Assembly (NCBI GenBank): GCA_038087875.1
Contig: CM075990.1
Coordinates: forward strand, 1,738,001 to 1,802,000
Source of the DNA: Malacoraja senta
Taxonomy: Eukaryota
DNA length: 64,000 nucleotides
Direction of reading: 5' to 3'
Shown here one piece after another: positions 37,765 through 51,384 of the stretch (within the stretch, counting starts at the first letter, position 1; each line of letters begins with the position of its first letter). The position numbers were made by a program, and so were the translations under genes. The notes beneath the pieces were generated by a model. That model saw only the letters and a list, made by a program, of their open reading frames with translations, was not told the origin of the DNA and made no database searches.

Positions 37765-40700
37765 GGGGGGAGGGACTCAAATAGAGAAAGCTATTAGACA
37801 GTGTGTGAGGCAGGAGGCAGAGAAGGAAAACACTCAGACCCAACATGTAGGGGGGAAAGAAGAAAACAATAATAAATGGAGAATAAGAGGTGGTGGCGTT
37901 CTTAAATGGGTGAGCAGAGAAACAGAGGGGTGTAAAATGCGGGCGGAAGCAATAGGTAGTAAGGTGAAAAGTAAAAGTGGCAGGCAGACAAATCCAGGGC
38001 AAAAATCAAAAAGGGCCACTTTTCAACATAATTGTATAAGGGGTAAGAGCGTTGTAAAAACAAGCCTGAAGGCTTTGTGTCTCAATGCAAGGAGCATTCG
38101 TAATAAGGTGGATGAGTTGAACGTGCAGATAGCTATTAATGATTATGATATAGTCGGGATCACGGAGACATGGCTCCAGGGTGACCAAGGCTGGGAGCTG
38201 AACATCCAGGGATATTCAATATTCAGGAGGGATAGAGAGAAAGGAAAACGTGGTGGGGTAGCGTTGCTGGTTAGAGAGGAGATTAACGCAGTGGAAAGGA
38301 AGGACATTAGCTTGGAGGATGTGGAATCGGTATGGGTAGAGCTGCAAAACACTAAGGGGCAGAAAACGCTGGTGGGTGTTGTGTACAGGCCACCTAGCAG
38401 TAGTAGTGAAGTTGGGGATGGCATCAAACAGGAAATTAGAAATGCGTGCATCAAAGGCAAAACAGTTATAATGGGTGACTTCAATCTACATATAGATTGG
38501 GTGAATCAAATTGGCAGGGGTGCTGAGGAAGAGGATTTCTTGGAATGTGTGCGGGATAGTTATCTAAACCAACATGTAGAGGAACCAACGAGAGAGCGGG
38601 CTATTCTAGACTGGGTATTGAGTAATGAGGAAGGGTTAGTTAGCAGTCTTGTTGTGCGTGCCCCCTTGGGCAAGAGTGACCATAATATGGTTGAGTTCTT
38701 CATTAGGATGGAGAGTGACATTGTTAATTCAGAAACAACGGTTCTGAACTTAAAGAAAGGTAACTTTGAGGGTATGAGACGTGAATTGGCCAAGATTGAC
38801 TGGCAATTAGTTCTAAAAGGGTTGATGGTGGATATACAATGGAAGGCATTTAAAGACTGCATGGACGAACTACAAAAATTGTTCATCCCAGTTTGGCAAA
38901 AGAATAAATCAGGGAAGGGAGTGCATCCGTGGATACCAAGGGAAATCAGGGATAGTATCAAAGCAAAAGATGATGCATACAAATTAGCCAGAAAAAGCAG
39001 CATACCAGAGGACTGGGAGAAATTCAGAGACCAGCAGAGGAGGACAAAGGGCTTAATTAGGAAAGGGAAAATAGATTATGAAAGAAAACTGGCAGGGAAC
39101 ATAAAAACTGACTGCAAAAGTTTTTATAGATATGTGAAGAGAAAGAGATTAGTTAAAACAAATGTAGGTCCCTTGCAGTCAGAAACAGGTGAATTGATCA
39201 TGGGGAACAAGGATATGGCGGACCAATTCAATAACTACTTTGGTTCCGTCTTCACTGAGGAAGACATAAATAATCTGTCAGAAATAGCAGGGGACCGCAG
39301 GTCAAAGGAGATGGAGGAACTGAGTGAAATCCAGGTTAGTCGGGAAGTGGTGTTGGGTGAATTGAATGGATTAAAGGTCGATAAATCACCAGGGCCAGAT
39401 AGGCTGCATCCCAGAGTACTTAAGGAAGTAGCTCCAGAAACAGTGGATGCATTAGTGATAATTTTTCAAAACTCTTTAGACTCTGGAGTAGTTCCTGAGG
39501 ATTGGAGGGTAGCAAACATAACCCCACTTTTTAAGAAGGGAGGGAGAGAGAAAACAGGGAATTACAGACCAGTTAGTCTAACATCGGTAGTGGGGAAACT
39601 GCTAGAGTCAGTTATTAAAGATGGGATAGCAGCACATTTGGAAAGTGGTGAAATCATTGGACAAAGTCAGCATGGATTTACGAAAGGTAAATCATGTCTG
39701 ACGAATCTTATAGAATTTTTCGAGGATGTAACTAGTAGAGTGGATAGGGGAGAACCAGTGGATGTGTTGTATCGGACTTTCAGAAGGCTTTCGACAAGGT
39801 CCCACATAAGAGATTAGTATACAAACTTAAAGCACACGGTATTGGGGTTTCAGTATTGATGTGGATAGAGAACTGCCTGGCAAACAGGAAGCAAAGAGTA
39901 GGAGTAAACGGGTCCTTTTCACAATGGCAGGCAGTGACTAGTGGGGTACCGCAAGGCTCAGTGCTGGGACCCGAGCTATTTACAATTTATATTAATGAAC
40001 TGGATGAGGGAATTGAAGGCAACATCTCCATGTTTGCGGATGACACTAAGCTGGGGGGCAGTGTTAGCTGTGAGGAGGATGCTAGGAGACTGCAAGGTGA
40101 CTTGGATAGGCTGGGTGAGTGGGAAAATGTTTGGCAGACACCGTATAATGTGGATAAATGTGAGGTTATCCACTTTGGTGGCAAAAACAGGAAAGCAGAC
40201 TATTATCTAAATGGTGGCCGATTAGGAAAAGGGGTGATGCAGCGAGACCTGGGTGTCATGGTACACCAGTCATTGAAAGTAGGCATGCAGGTGCAGCAGG
40301 CAGTGAAGAAAGCAAATGGTATGTTAGCTTTCATAGCAAAAGGATTTGAGTATAGGAGCACGGAGGTTCTACTGCAGTTGCACAGGGTCTTGGTGAGACC
40401 ACACCTGGAGTATTGCGTACAGTTTTGGTCTCCAAATCTGAGGAAGGACATTATAGCCATAGAGGGAGTGCAGAGAAGGTTCACCAGACTGATTCCTGGG
40501 ATGTCAGGACTTTCATATGAAGAAAGACTGGATAGACTTGGCTTATACTCGCTAGAATTTAGGAGATTGAGAGGGGATCTTATAGAAACGTACAAAATTC
40601 TTATGGGGTTGGACAGGCTAGATGCAGGAAGATTGTTCCCGATGTTGGGGAAGTCCAGGACAAGGGGTCACAGCTTAAGGATAAGGGGGAAATCCTTTAA

Positions 40701-40963
40701 GACCGAGATGAGAAAAAACTTTTTCACACAGAGAGTGGTGAATCTCTGGAACTCTCTGCCACAGAGGGTAGTTGAGGCCAGTTCATTGGCTATATTTAAG
40801 AGGGAGTTAGATGTGGCCCTTGTGGCTAAAGGGATCAGGGGGTATGAGAGAAGGCAGGTACGGGATACTGAGTTGGATGATCAGCCATGATCATATTGAA
40901 TGGCGGTGCAGGCTCGAAGGGCCGAATGGCCTACTCCTGTACCTATTTTCTATGTATCTATGT
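37765..40963 (+). mobile_element. Near-complete CR1 ORF2 (APE endonuclease + RT), young
   Basis: ORFs of 684 aa and 344 aa: CLNARSIRNK, GITETW, MGDFN, KSDH; RT FADDTKLGG; one frameshift near 39770; intact 3' tail. Confidence 0.95.
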
Positions 40964-42844
40964 AATGAATATCATCCATTCCGGAAGTTCTATTTTTCTG
41001 TTGCCATTTAAACTCACTTGGATTTCAATCAATTCAATGTAAAAGTAATTGGGAATGAGGAGCATTGGAACAAAAATTTGCCCTCAGTAATATTAACTGT
41101 AATATAATAATGTATGCATGTTTGTAGGTGCTATCAAAACAAAGATATTTTTTATCATTATTGTGTTATGAATACCACAAAACATATTAATGTACTCTCA
41201 AGATCACATTTAATAGAATAATATTGCTTAAATATATAGTTTGTGTTTCGGAAGGGGGACTTTGTATTTCGGAAAAGTCCCAGCTGAGGGGAAGACTGCA
41301 AAATACTGAAAATATTTGGGGTGAAAATGACTTCAGGACAGTTTGTTAGGAAAATGAAGGAAATGGTAACAGAATACTTATACGGCTGAGATTAAAGAAA
41401 TTGATAAAAAATATTCAAAAGTTCCTAGTTTAGAGCTCTATAAGAATAGAGTTGAACTTCAATTGAGACATGATTTGTTATTAGTATCACCGATTGAGAA
41501 TCAGCTACTTAAAACCAAAAGTCAATTTTATATACATGGTGAAAAATCTGGTAAATTACTCGCTAATCAGTTGAAAGTGGTGTCGGCCAAACGTCAGATT
41601 ACTAAAGTGAGTAAACGGGATGGTACACTGACTGTAGACCATGACGAAATTAATAAATCTTTTCAGGAATTTTATATCTCCCTATACCAATCAGAATTTC
41701 CTATTGATTCCAATATAATTTTTAAAGAAACTGAACTTGCCAAATTTATTTATATAATGAGTCTCTGTTGTTAGACGAACCCATCAAGGAGAAAGAAATA
41801 CAGAAAGCAATCCTTTCGATGAATTCTAGTAAAGCTCCCGGTTTAGATGGGTTTACAGTAGAATTTTTAAAGTATTTCTCAAGTTTACTGTCTCCCTGGC
41901 TATGCAAGGTTTTTAAAGAAGCCTTTTTAATGAATAGATTACCACAATCCTTTTATGAAGCATCTATTTCTTTAATTCTTAAAAAAGATAAAGACCCTAC
42001 TGAAGTGACATCATATAGACCTATATCACTGTTAAATGTAGATTCCAAAATTCTTTCCAAAATATTAGCTCTGAGATTGGAAAATATTTTACCGCAAATG
42101 ATCTCTGAAGATTAGACAGGTTTTTATTAAAAATCGTTACTCATACTTTAACGTTAGGAGATAAATGAATATCGTATATAAAGCATCAAATAAAACTCCA
42201 GCATGTGTCATTTCACTTGATGCCGAGAAGGCGTTTGATAGGGTAGAATGGGAATACTTATTCAATAGACTTGAAAAATTTAAGATTGTTCCAAAATGTA
42301 TTTCTTGGATCAAGCTGATATATCATATACCTCAGGCTTCTGTACTTACCAATAATCAGAAATCCCCTTTTTTCAGACTCTTTCAAGGTACTAGCCAGGG
42401 CTGTCCTTTAAGTCCTTAACTGTTTGATATCGCTTTGGAACCTTTGGCCACCGCTATTAGGGAATCCTTGGTATTTTTGGTATTGTCCGTGGGAATAAGA
42501 CACATAAGCTATCTCTTTATGCAGATGATCTGTTATTATTCATTTCTAATCCTGAGAAATCTATTCTGGCAATAGTAGCACTACTTAATCAATTTAGTAG
42601 TTCTTCTGGTTATAAACTAAATCTTAGTAAGAGTGAGCTTTTTCCATTAAACAATCTAGTTTCGAATTATGGACAGTTTCCATTTAGACTGACTACCGAA
42701 TGTTTTACTTATTTAGGTATTAAGATTACCAAGAAACACAAGGATTTATTTAAAGCTAATTTTACACCATATCAAACAACAGTTTACTAAATGGTCACCA
42801 ATGTCCTTATCTTTAATCGGCCGAATCAATGCTATTAAAATGTA

Positions 42845-43596
42845 CAGGTACAGAGCCAGGAGCTCGCGACCGAATGCGCTGTATTTGGTCTACGCGCGGT
42901 TGAGGTGCCGGCTGAAGAAGGCCAGGGGCCGCCAACCTCCGTCCGTCAGTTGCTCCAGCACGGCACCAACTGCCGATTCCGAGGCGTCCACCGTGAGAGC
43001 AGTCAGGGCATCTTCCCGCGGGTGCACCAGCAATACGGCCCGAGCAAGGGCCTCCTTCGCGCCGCCAAATGCTGCCACTGCCTCGTGGATCCATTCGATG
43101 TTCTTGTGCTGCCCACCCGCCAGAAGTTGATACAGCGGCCGCATGATGTGGGCCGCGGATGTCACAAAACGATGGTAAAATGCCATCATCCCGACAAACT
43201 CCTGCAGGCCGCGCACCGTGCGTGGGCGGGGAAACCGACGGATGGCGTCAACCCTGTCCGGAAGGGGAACTGCGCCTTGCGAAGTCATGCGGTGGCCGAG
43301 GAAGTCGATCTCAGTTACCCCAAAACGGCACTTGGCTGAGCCGCTGACAGAGCTGCCGGAGCTGGGCGCAGTGCTCCTGCTGCGAGTGGCTGGCCACCAG
43401 GATGTCGTCTAGGTAAACAAAGACAAAATCGAGGTCGCGACACATCCCGTCCATTAAGCGTTGAAAAGCCTGCGCGGCGTTCTCAAGGCCGAACGGCATC
43501 CGCGTGAACTCATAAAGTCCGAACGGCGTGATGATCGCCGTCTTGGGTACATCCTCCGGGTGGACTGGGATCTGGTTATAACCCCGTACCAGATCC

Positions 43597-43641
<45 letters not shown>

Positions 43642-46600
43642 ATGTATTAGAAGTACATTACATTACAACCACATACATTAATACTCATCATTTATATCTT
43701 CTTACAATTAATGTACTCCCTTTATTTATTTTTTTACACTAGAAAAAGAAAAGATTGAAAGAGAGAAGAAAGTGAAGGAAAAAGTGCAAGTGTAGAAAAG
43801 TGTAGAAAATGTAACAACAAAAAAGGACGAAGACCCTATAAGAGCGAAATTAAAAACAAAAAGAAAAAGAGTTAAGAAATAGGCCCTAAGAAAAGAAAAG
43901 AGAAAGAGAAAAAAAGAGAAACAAATGTTTTTTTTTTGAGCATCACGTAAATAGGACATACCAACTCTTCAACTATCATCCCCCCTTACCTGACCTCAAT
44001 TTTTTATTTTTTTTAAAGTACTTTTGCACCCTATGTTTGTAATAATTCTATAAATGCAGACCACGTCAGGTGGAAGTGATCTGGTTTACCTGCTAGGAGG
44101 AGTCTTATCTCTTCTAGGTGTAATGTTTCAAACATATTTGAAATCCACATATTTATAGTTGGTATTGGAGCCTTCTTCCAAAATTTTAGAATTAGCTTTT
44201 TTCCAGTTATTAACCCATAGTCCATTAATTTCTTTTGAAACACATTTAGTTCTGGATCATCTTCCGTTATTCCGAAGATAATCCATTCTGCTTTGGGTAT
44301 CAGTCTTGTTTTAAATAACTTTGTAAAGATTTCAAAAATTTCATTCCAAAATTTTTGAATTTTTGTACAGAAGACAAATGAGTGCGCTATAGTTGCTTCT
44401 TGGGATTGACATTTATCACAAATAGATGATACGTTTGGGAAAATTTTATGAATTTTAGTTTTCGAATAATATAATCTATGTAAAATTTTAAATTGTATTA
44501 AAGTGTGTCTTACATTAATCGAGCATTTATGCACGTTTAATAAGTATTCATTCCAACTTTCCTTTGAAATTTTAATAGCTAACTCTTGTTCCCAGTCTCT
44601 TCTGATACCCTCCGTAGATGGTATTTGTGCATTTAAGATAATATTATACAAATATGATATTAAGTTTGCTGATTCCGCTTTTATCTGCATTGCCTCGTCC
44701 AGTACATCTGCTAGGTTATTATGATGATCTTTTGTATATTTTTTCAAATAGTCGCATTTTTGAAAGTATTTAAAATATTGATTATTTCCGAGTTTATATT
44801 TTATTTGTAATTGTTGAAATGAAAGTAATTTTCCAGTTTCATACAAGTCACCAAGCGTTTTAATTCCTAGTCTATCCCATTGTGTATCCACTTTTGAAAA
44901 TATTGTAGCCCCAGCCAAATGGGCGGTGAAGTCCTGAATGTGTGGTACGGGTATCGATCCGCGGTTGTTGCGGCATTCAGCCAACGGTAATCCCCGCAAG
45001 GTCGCCAGCCCCCGCTTGCCTTAGCGACCATGTGGAGTGGGGACACCCATGGGCTGCTTGAAGGGCGGACGATCCCCAAGGACTCCATCGTGCGGAATTC
45101 CTGCCGTGCCAGACACAGTTTATCCGTCGGCAGTCAGCGTGCTCGTGCGTGGATAGGTGGGCCGGTAGTTTGTATAAAATGTACCACTCCGTGACTGGGG
45201 GTCGATGACCGAAACTGTGGGGTCAGGATATCCGGGAACTCGGTCAAGATCCGAGCGAAGCAGGAATCCACGGATGACAGGGGGCGTCCCACCGGCTGAT
45301 CCAAACGTAACATGATCGGCTCCATCGTAGCGGCGTTGACCAAGCGCTGACGCCTGACGTCCACCAGGAGGGAATGCGCCCGGAGGAAGTCGGCCCCGAG
45401 CAACGGCTGGGAGACATCAGCGATAGTGAACCGCCACGAGAAATGGCAGGAGCCGAACACGATCAGGACCATGCGCGCTCCATACGTGCAGATGGGGCTG
45501 CCATTCGCCGCAGTGAGGACGGGCCCCCGCTTACCGGAACGAATGTCGGCCAGCGAGGGGGCAGGATACTGAGCTCCACTCCAATATCAAAGAGGAAGCG
45601 GGTCCTGGAGCGCCGATCCCAGGCGAAAAGGCGGTGAATTTGGCCGGCCGCCACGGGAACTATTGGCAGCCGGCCCAGGCATTTCCCGGGAACGTGCATG
45701 GCTGGCGGCATAGTTGTGCTGCAGCACCTCAGCGCTGATGCTAGTAGCACCAGCGCCTCATGTTGGTGGCACTTGGAGCTTGCTGGCTCCTGTTGGTGGC
45801 ACTTGCAGCTTGCTGCCGCTGGACTGCAGGTGCAGTACCCTACACGGCCGCGGGGGGCGATCTTATGGGCCGTCAGGCTGGAGCTCTCACTCCTTCCACA
45901 GCTCCCCCGCCCCACCGGAGGAAATCGGTGCGCCTGCCGACGGCCGGCGCGTTGACGTCATCAGGCCGCGTCGTCCTCAGCGCATCCCCGTGTCTGCTGA
46001 CGGCCAGCGCGTTGACGTCATCAGGGCGTGCCATCCACAGCGCGTCGGATGGCACGCCCTGATGTCGGCGAAGGAGGCGTCTGTGAGCTGAAGACGGATG
46101 TGCCCATCCAGGAGAGCAACCATCTCCTTTAGGATGCTTGATGGCCGTCGGTCACCTAGGCCCTCCATATGAAGGAGCCTGGCAGCACGCTCAATCCTGC
46201 TGAGTCTATAAATCTGGAGCAGGAGCTCCTTAAGGCCGAGGTATTTATCGGTGGCCGGGGGGGGCTGCGAGGAAGTCCGTGACCTCTTCAACCGTGTCCT
46301 GGTCGAGGGCCCCCACCAGGTAATAGAAACGGGTGGCATCTACTGTGATGCCCCGCAGGTTGAATTGGGCCTCCGCCTGCTGGAACCAGATGTGCGGCCG
46401 GGTGGTCCAGAAGATAGGCAATTTTACAGAGACCGCGTCCAGAGACAGGGCCTGGCCGGCCTCTGAGGTGGAAGGGCATTCTGCTTTCTCCATCATGATG
46501 ACAATGGAGCATCGGGGTCACCAATGTGGTGCGTAGGACTCGAAATAAAAGAGAGGAGTCAGGTATTTCGAGAGGCACCTTTATTTGTGTTCCTCCCGGT

Positions 46601-46743
46601 TGTAGGGAAGTCCACTCGAGAGAAAGATGGCACCCAAAACCCCTGACTTTAAACCCTCTGGTTAAGGGCCGCCTCCGGACTGAACCACTCCCGTGCCGAG
46701 GGGTTCGACAGTTAGGATGGCCCGACCCTTGGGAGTCGCCACA
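42845..46743 (-). mobile_element. Gypsy element with 5' LTR only, truncated in RNase H
   Basis: LTR 46525-46743 (tgtgg...ccaca); Trp PBS at 46512-46523; gag [46 protein letters not shown]. Confidence 0.9.
43603..44885 (-). mobile_element. Young 5'-truncated L1 inside the Gypsy RT
   Basis: Poly-A tail of about 34 nt; TSD atccactttt at 43593-43602 and 44886-44895; open ORF2 C-terminus with CDKC...H...C zinc knuckle. Confidence 0.92.
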
Positions 46744-48169
46744 ATCTTACCTAAATTTTTGTATTTATTTCAGACGATACCAATTTTTATTGCTAAATCT
46801 TTCTTTGATATTATTGACTCCAAAATTTCTTGATATAAAATGGCAGAATAAAAATTCCAGACTAAGTAAAAAATACTTACAGAAATATAAAAAAAGACGG
46901 TGGTTTGGCACTGCCGAACCATAGATTCTACTATTGGGCAGTTAATGTTCGTTATTTAACATTTTTAAGAATAACTGGGAAAGAGAACTTCAAATTTCTC
47001 TATCTATAGAGAAATGGGAGAGGATTCTTCAATTAGTTATTACTTCCTCAATGTGTGTAAGACACGCTTTGATACAATTCAAGGTGGTTCACAGAGTTCA
47101 TATGTCAAAAGATAAGAGCTCATTTTTATGGTCATATAAATCCTACCTGTGACAGATGTAACTCTGAAGTGGCCTCACTGACTCATATGTTTTGGTCCTG
47201 CCCACTTTTGGAAAAATATTGGAAATAAATCTTTGATACTATTTCTGTAGCTTTAGGTATTGATTTACAACCTCATCCTATTACTGCAGTTTTTGGGCTA
47301 CCAATGTTAGATTCTATTCATTTGTCCCGTTCCGCCCATCGGCTGATTGCTTTTACCACATTAATTGCAAGAAGATCTATTTTATTTAAATGGAAAGACT
47401 CTAACCCTCTGACCACACTCCATTGGTACTCTGAAACGATATCATGTTTAAATTTAGAAAAAATCAGGAGTGACATTGTTGAACCCTTGGTTAAATTTTG
47501 ATAGGACTTGGGGAAGATTTATTCAACATTTTCACACGACATGAATTGTCCCCTCTCAACCGGTATAATAATTATTTTACCTTTATACGATGGAATGGAC
47601 TTGATGACAAACAGGGACTTAAATTGTTGAAATTCTTTGCAGCCCAGATTCTGTTTTGCTTTTTTTAGTGTAGAGGGGTTTTGTTTTTTTCCTTTTTTCT
47701 CTTTCTTTCCTTTTTTATCTTTTTATCTTTTTCATTTTTTTATATATATGTTTTCTTTTAAACATTTAATTATAGTTACATAGAGGTCTATATTCAGTGT
47801 ATTTTGACATATTTAGGTTATACCTGTTATTAATGTAATCCTGATCCCTATGTATCAATATCATTGTTATGTTTATCATTATTCTTTTTTGTTGTTGTTT
47901 TGTTTTTGTTTTGGGGGAAAAAAAACTAATAAATAGATTTTAAAAGAAAGAAAGAATACTTATACAGCTGAGTGAGTATAATTTTATGGATGAGAAATTG
48001 TGTTCAACCAATTGATAACTTCTTTGACAAAGTAACTAGCATGTTAGATACCAAGAAAGATTGGGATGTAGCAAATTTTGTTATACAAAATTTGATCCTT
48101 GAAGTGCCCCATAAAAGATTACTGCATTAGATAAGCAACTGTGGACTTGAACCTAATAGGTTATGTCCA

Positions 48170-48470
48170 GGGGGTGAGATATGGGGCTTCATGTGTGGGC
48201 CAGATATATTGTCCGTGCAGAGGGGCTAGGAGCAAGGCCAAGTGTGCAACCAGAGTCAAGGTCTGGAATAGTACTAGGTGTGCAGTCAAAGCTGGGACAA
48301 TGGGAGTGTTCAGCACTGGGAACCTAAGCAGGTAAGCAGCTATGATCAGGGTAGAATATGGGGCCAGGTGTAAGGCTGGACTCAGGGTCAGGAATGAGAG
48401 AAGGTATGCAACTGGAGTCAGGGTCAGGAGTAGCACCAGGTGTGCAGTGAGACCCAGGTTGGTCAACATG
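48170..48470 (+). repeat. Degenerate tandem repeat (gggtcaggagtagcaccaggtgtgca-like)
   Basis: Recurring ~40-bp motif. Confidence 0.55.
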
Positions 48471-48967
48471 GGCCAAGTGTTTGAATATGATCTGATTTCC
48501 ATACATGGATATACTAAGATCATTCATGTGCTGCACCTGTTGACCAGAGCCTGGTTCTACTGTGGGATGTAATTAGGAATGTGATTTAGCCTAACCTTAT
48601 TCATAGCTAATGCAATTTAAAGCATGAATATTGCATTCAATTGTAAGATTAAAAGACTCGCTACAGTGTGTACCAGATTGCACAATTTCAAGCTGAAAAC
48701 TGCAAAAGCTCCATACCATTAGCTCCGTACCAACAGCTTCCACATTCTCCGCCCCCTCCCCCCCCCCCCCCCCCCCCACCTTGGTCGCTACGCTCCCTCG
48801 GGCTTGGTCTCTCGCAATTTCTCACTCCTAACTCTCACCCAATGTTGGCAGCCCTGCTTAACCCTAACCAGTTTGAAGCAGGGATTTTTGCCCGAAACAT
48901 CACCCATTCGTTCTTTCCAGAGATGCTGCATGTCCTGCTGAGTTACTCCAGCTTTTTGTGTATCTGC

Positions 48968-49360
48968 AATTGGACCTTCTTGCTCCTAAACTCAAATACT
49001 CTCGCAATGAAGCCCAATATGCCACTTGCTTTTTCACTGTCTGCTCTACCTGCATGGTTACTTTCAGTGACTGATGTACAAGCACACCCAGGTCTCGTTC
49101 CACCTCCCTTTTTCTTAATCTGACACCATTCATATAATAATCTGCCTTCATGTTCTTGCCCACCAACGTGGATAACCTCACGTTTATCCACTTATACAGT
49201 AGATGAGGTTAGAGAGGTGCGGTCTCACCTACAACTGTTGTTGAGGTCCCTGTATGGAGTCGAGGGAGGAGGTATAAGGACAGGTGTTGCATGCCCTATG
49301 GGTGCAGGGGAAAGAACCTGGGGAGGAGGTGGTTCGGGTGGGAAGGGATTACTTGATTAG
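48968..49360 (-). mobile_element. Adjacent CR1 (48968-49191) and Penelope (49192-49360) fragments
   Basis: ERDLGVLVHQSLKV; the second part aligns to 13308-13495. Confidence 0.7.
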
Positions 49361-49658
49361 GGGGTTATTAACTACATGGAGAGTTTGGACAGAATTGTAT
49401 TGTGTCCTCTGAAACGCTGCTGATTTCTGGGAGACGTGATAGAGGTATATAACATTTTGGGATTAATAGGTAGGGTAGACAGTCAGAACCTGTTTCGCAG
49501 GATGGAAAATCAGAGTATTGGATGGCATGACTTTAACTTGAGAAGGGCGAACTGTAAAGGAATGTGCGAAGCAGGTTTTCACACAATGGTTTGTGAGTTG
49601 GTGGTTGAGGCAGTGAGGATAGTAGCACTTATGAGTCTTTGAATAGGCACGTGCATAT

Positions 49659-50460
49659 TGGCCAAATTAGAGGTATTACAAAATGGAGGATCTTTGCATT
49701 TGCAGGGCCTGCTTGGCTTCTGCCTGTGAAACGTTGCAAGCTGTGAGCCGGTTTCAGAAAGTCTGGACCCCAGATGGATATTCAGGATGAGGTGAGGTCC
49801 AGATGTCTCTTCCTTTGTTAAAATGTATAAAGACTTTTGCAGATGAGCTCAGAGATGTTTCAAATGCATGGTCAGGATTGGTCAGATAAGGGAGAGTTGT
49901 AAATACTGTTAACTATGTTGCAGAGTGTCTGTGCTGTTATCTTGTGATTGGTTAAAGTGTGAAGCCTTGGTCAGATTGTTTACAATTACCTGGGGAAATG
50001 TTTCTATACCTATGTAAATTATGTCAACTGAGTTCCTGCTAGAACTTTCTGCAGAAACAATGTAATGGGGTACTTTGTGATTGGGTTAGGGAACTGTCAA
50101 TAACTGTATAATGTGATCGATATGTATGATTGGCTTGTAGGGGCTGTCCTCCCCCCCCCCCATGTAGTTCTGCCCCATGGTTCCAATGGCCTATAGAAGA
50201 TTGAACCCCATGAGGATCGGAGTCAGTCTTCTGGAGGTGCACTTGGGATCGTGTGGCCTGCTGGAGGTGTCTGCTTGCACGAGGCTGAAGGGCCTTGAAT
50301 GAGCCGAGACAAGGATCGGACCCATGGTGGTTAGGTATTGTATAGGGAGTTTGTTTGTGTTTGGGTAGAATAAAGATTAGTTGAACCAGTGCTTGACTCA
50401 GTGTTTTACTGAACTAGACTGGGGGGGGGGGGGGGGGTAAGCTTTAGGAGCATAATTACA
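49659..50460 (+). mobile_element. Solo LTR (802 bp)
   Basis: TG...CA termini; 5-bp TSD CATAT (49654-49658, 50461-50465) splitting a CR1 3' UTR; AATAAA at 50369. Confidence 0.75.
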
Positions 50461-50477
50461 CATATGCAGGGAATGGA

Positions 50478-50845
50478 GTCAAGAGTCAAGAGAGTTTTAT
50501 TGTCATGTGTTCCAGATAGGACAATGAAATTCTTACTTGCTGCAGCACAACAGAACATATTACAAAACAGATAAAACTTCAGTGTGCCTATAGACAATAG
50601 ACCACATATACACAATAAATAAACAGATATAGTGCAATAATAATAATAGACTGTTATTGTTCAGAGCTTATTTGATGTCGTGTCTAATAGTCTGATGGCT
50701 GTGGGGAAGAAGCTGTTCCTGAAACTGGATGTTACAGATTTCAGGCTCCTGTACCTTCTTCACGATGGCAACGGTGAAATGAGTGTGTGACCCGGATGGT
50801 GTGGGTCTTTGATGATGTTGGCAGCCTTTTTGAGGCAGAGGCTGC
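50478..50845 (-). mobile_element. Rex1-like LINE 3' end
   Basis: ctcttgactcttgact tail; similar to 14780-14940 and 16000-16150. Confidence 0.65.
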
Positions 50846-51384
50846 GATAGAGATGGATATGGATTATGGACAGGAGAATATGGATTATGTGCAGGTAGGT
50901 ACGAAATATGGTCTATGTCCCAACAAACAAACCAAGCAGAAGGGAGAAATCTACAGTATATAATTAAAAGTCTCATCTTGACCACTTCCTGTGAGTGCTA
51001 TGTATTGATTTTAGAAAAAACACTACCATATATCGCTATAATTTTCTGGCCATCTTACTCACAGTGCTCCTCCTCTGAGGCAGCCCTGAGGATTTTTCTG
51101 ATCAATGAAAAATAAAAAGGTTATGAGTGTTTAAAAATCTTGAGATCAGCTGATTGGTCCTCTCGCCTGTCAATCACCACGATGAAGGTAATGCCCCTTC
51201 CAGTGAGGGCAGGACTATAAAACCCCGGATGCCTCGACGTGAGTCAGTCACTCTGGAAGATCACAAGGGAGAGTCCACAACTGAGATTCTAAGCTGTGAA
51301 TCAACTAAACTGTGAGTCTGCAATATACTTGCAATAAATGATTTGTTAGCCCATAATGAAAATGCAATGAGTTGTTTGGCAATT

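Larger units (their letters stand above)
41391..47952 (+). mobile_element. 5'-truncated L1-clade LINE hosting nested elements
   Basis: 20-bp TSD agaatacttatac(g/a)gctgag at 41371-41390 and 47953-47972; KAPGLDGF, SYRPISLLN, SLDAEKAFDRVEW, QGCPLSP; GRINAIKM resumes as ILPKFLYLF at 46744. Confidence 0.92.

Noticed and set aside
44031..44999. 322-aa ORF that looks like a novel RT/zinc-finger fusion
   Set aside because: Chance in-frame junction of Gypsy RT with the inserted L1 at the TSD (44886); no promoter or start context.
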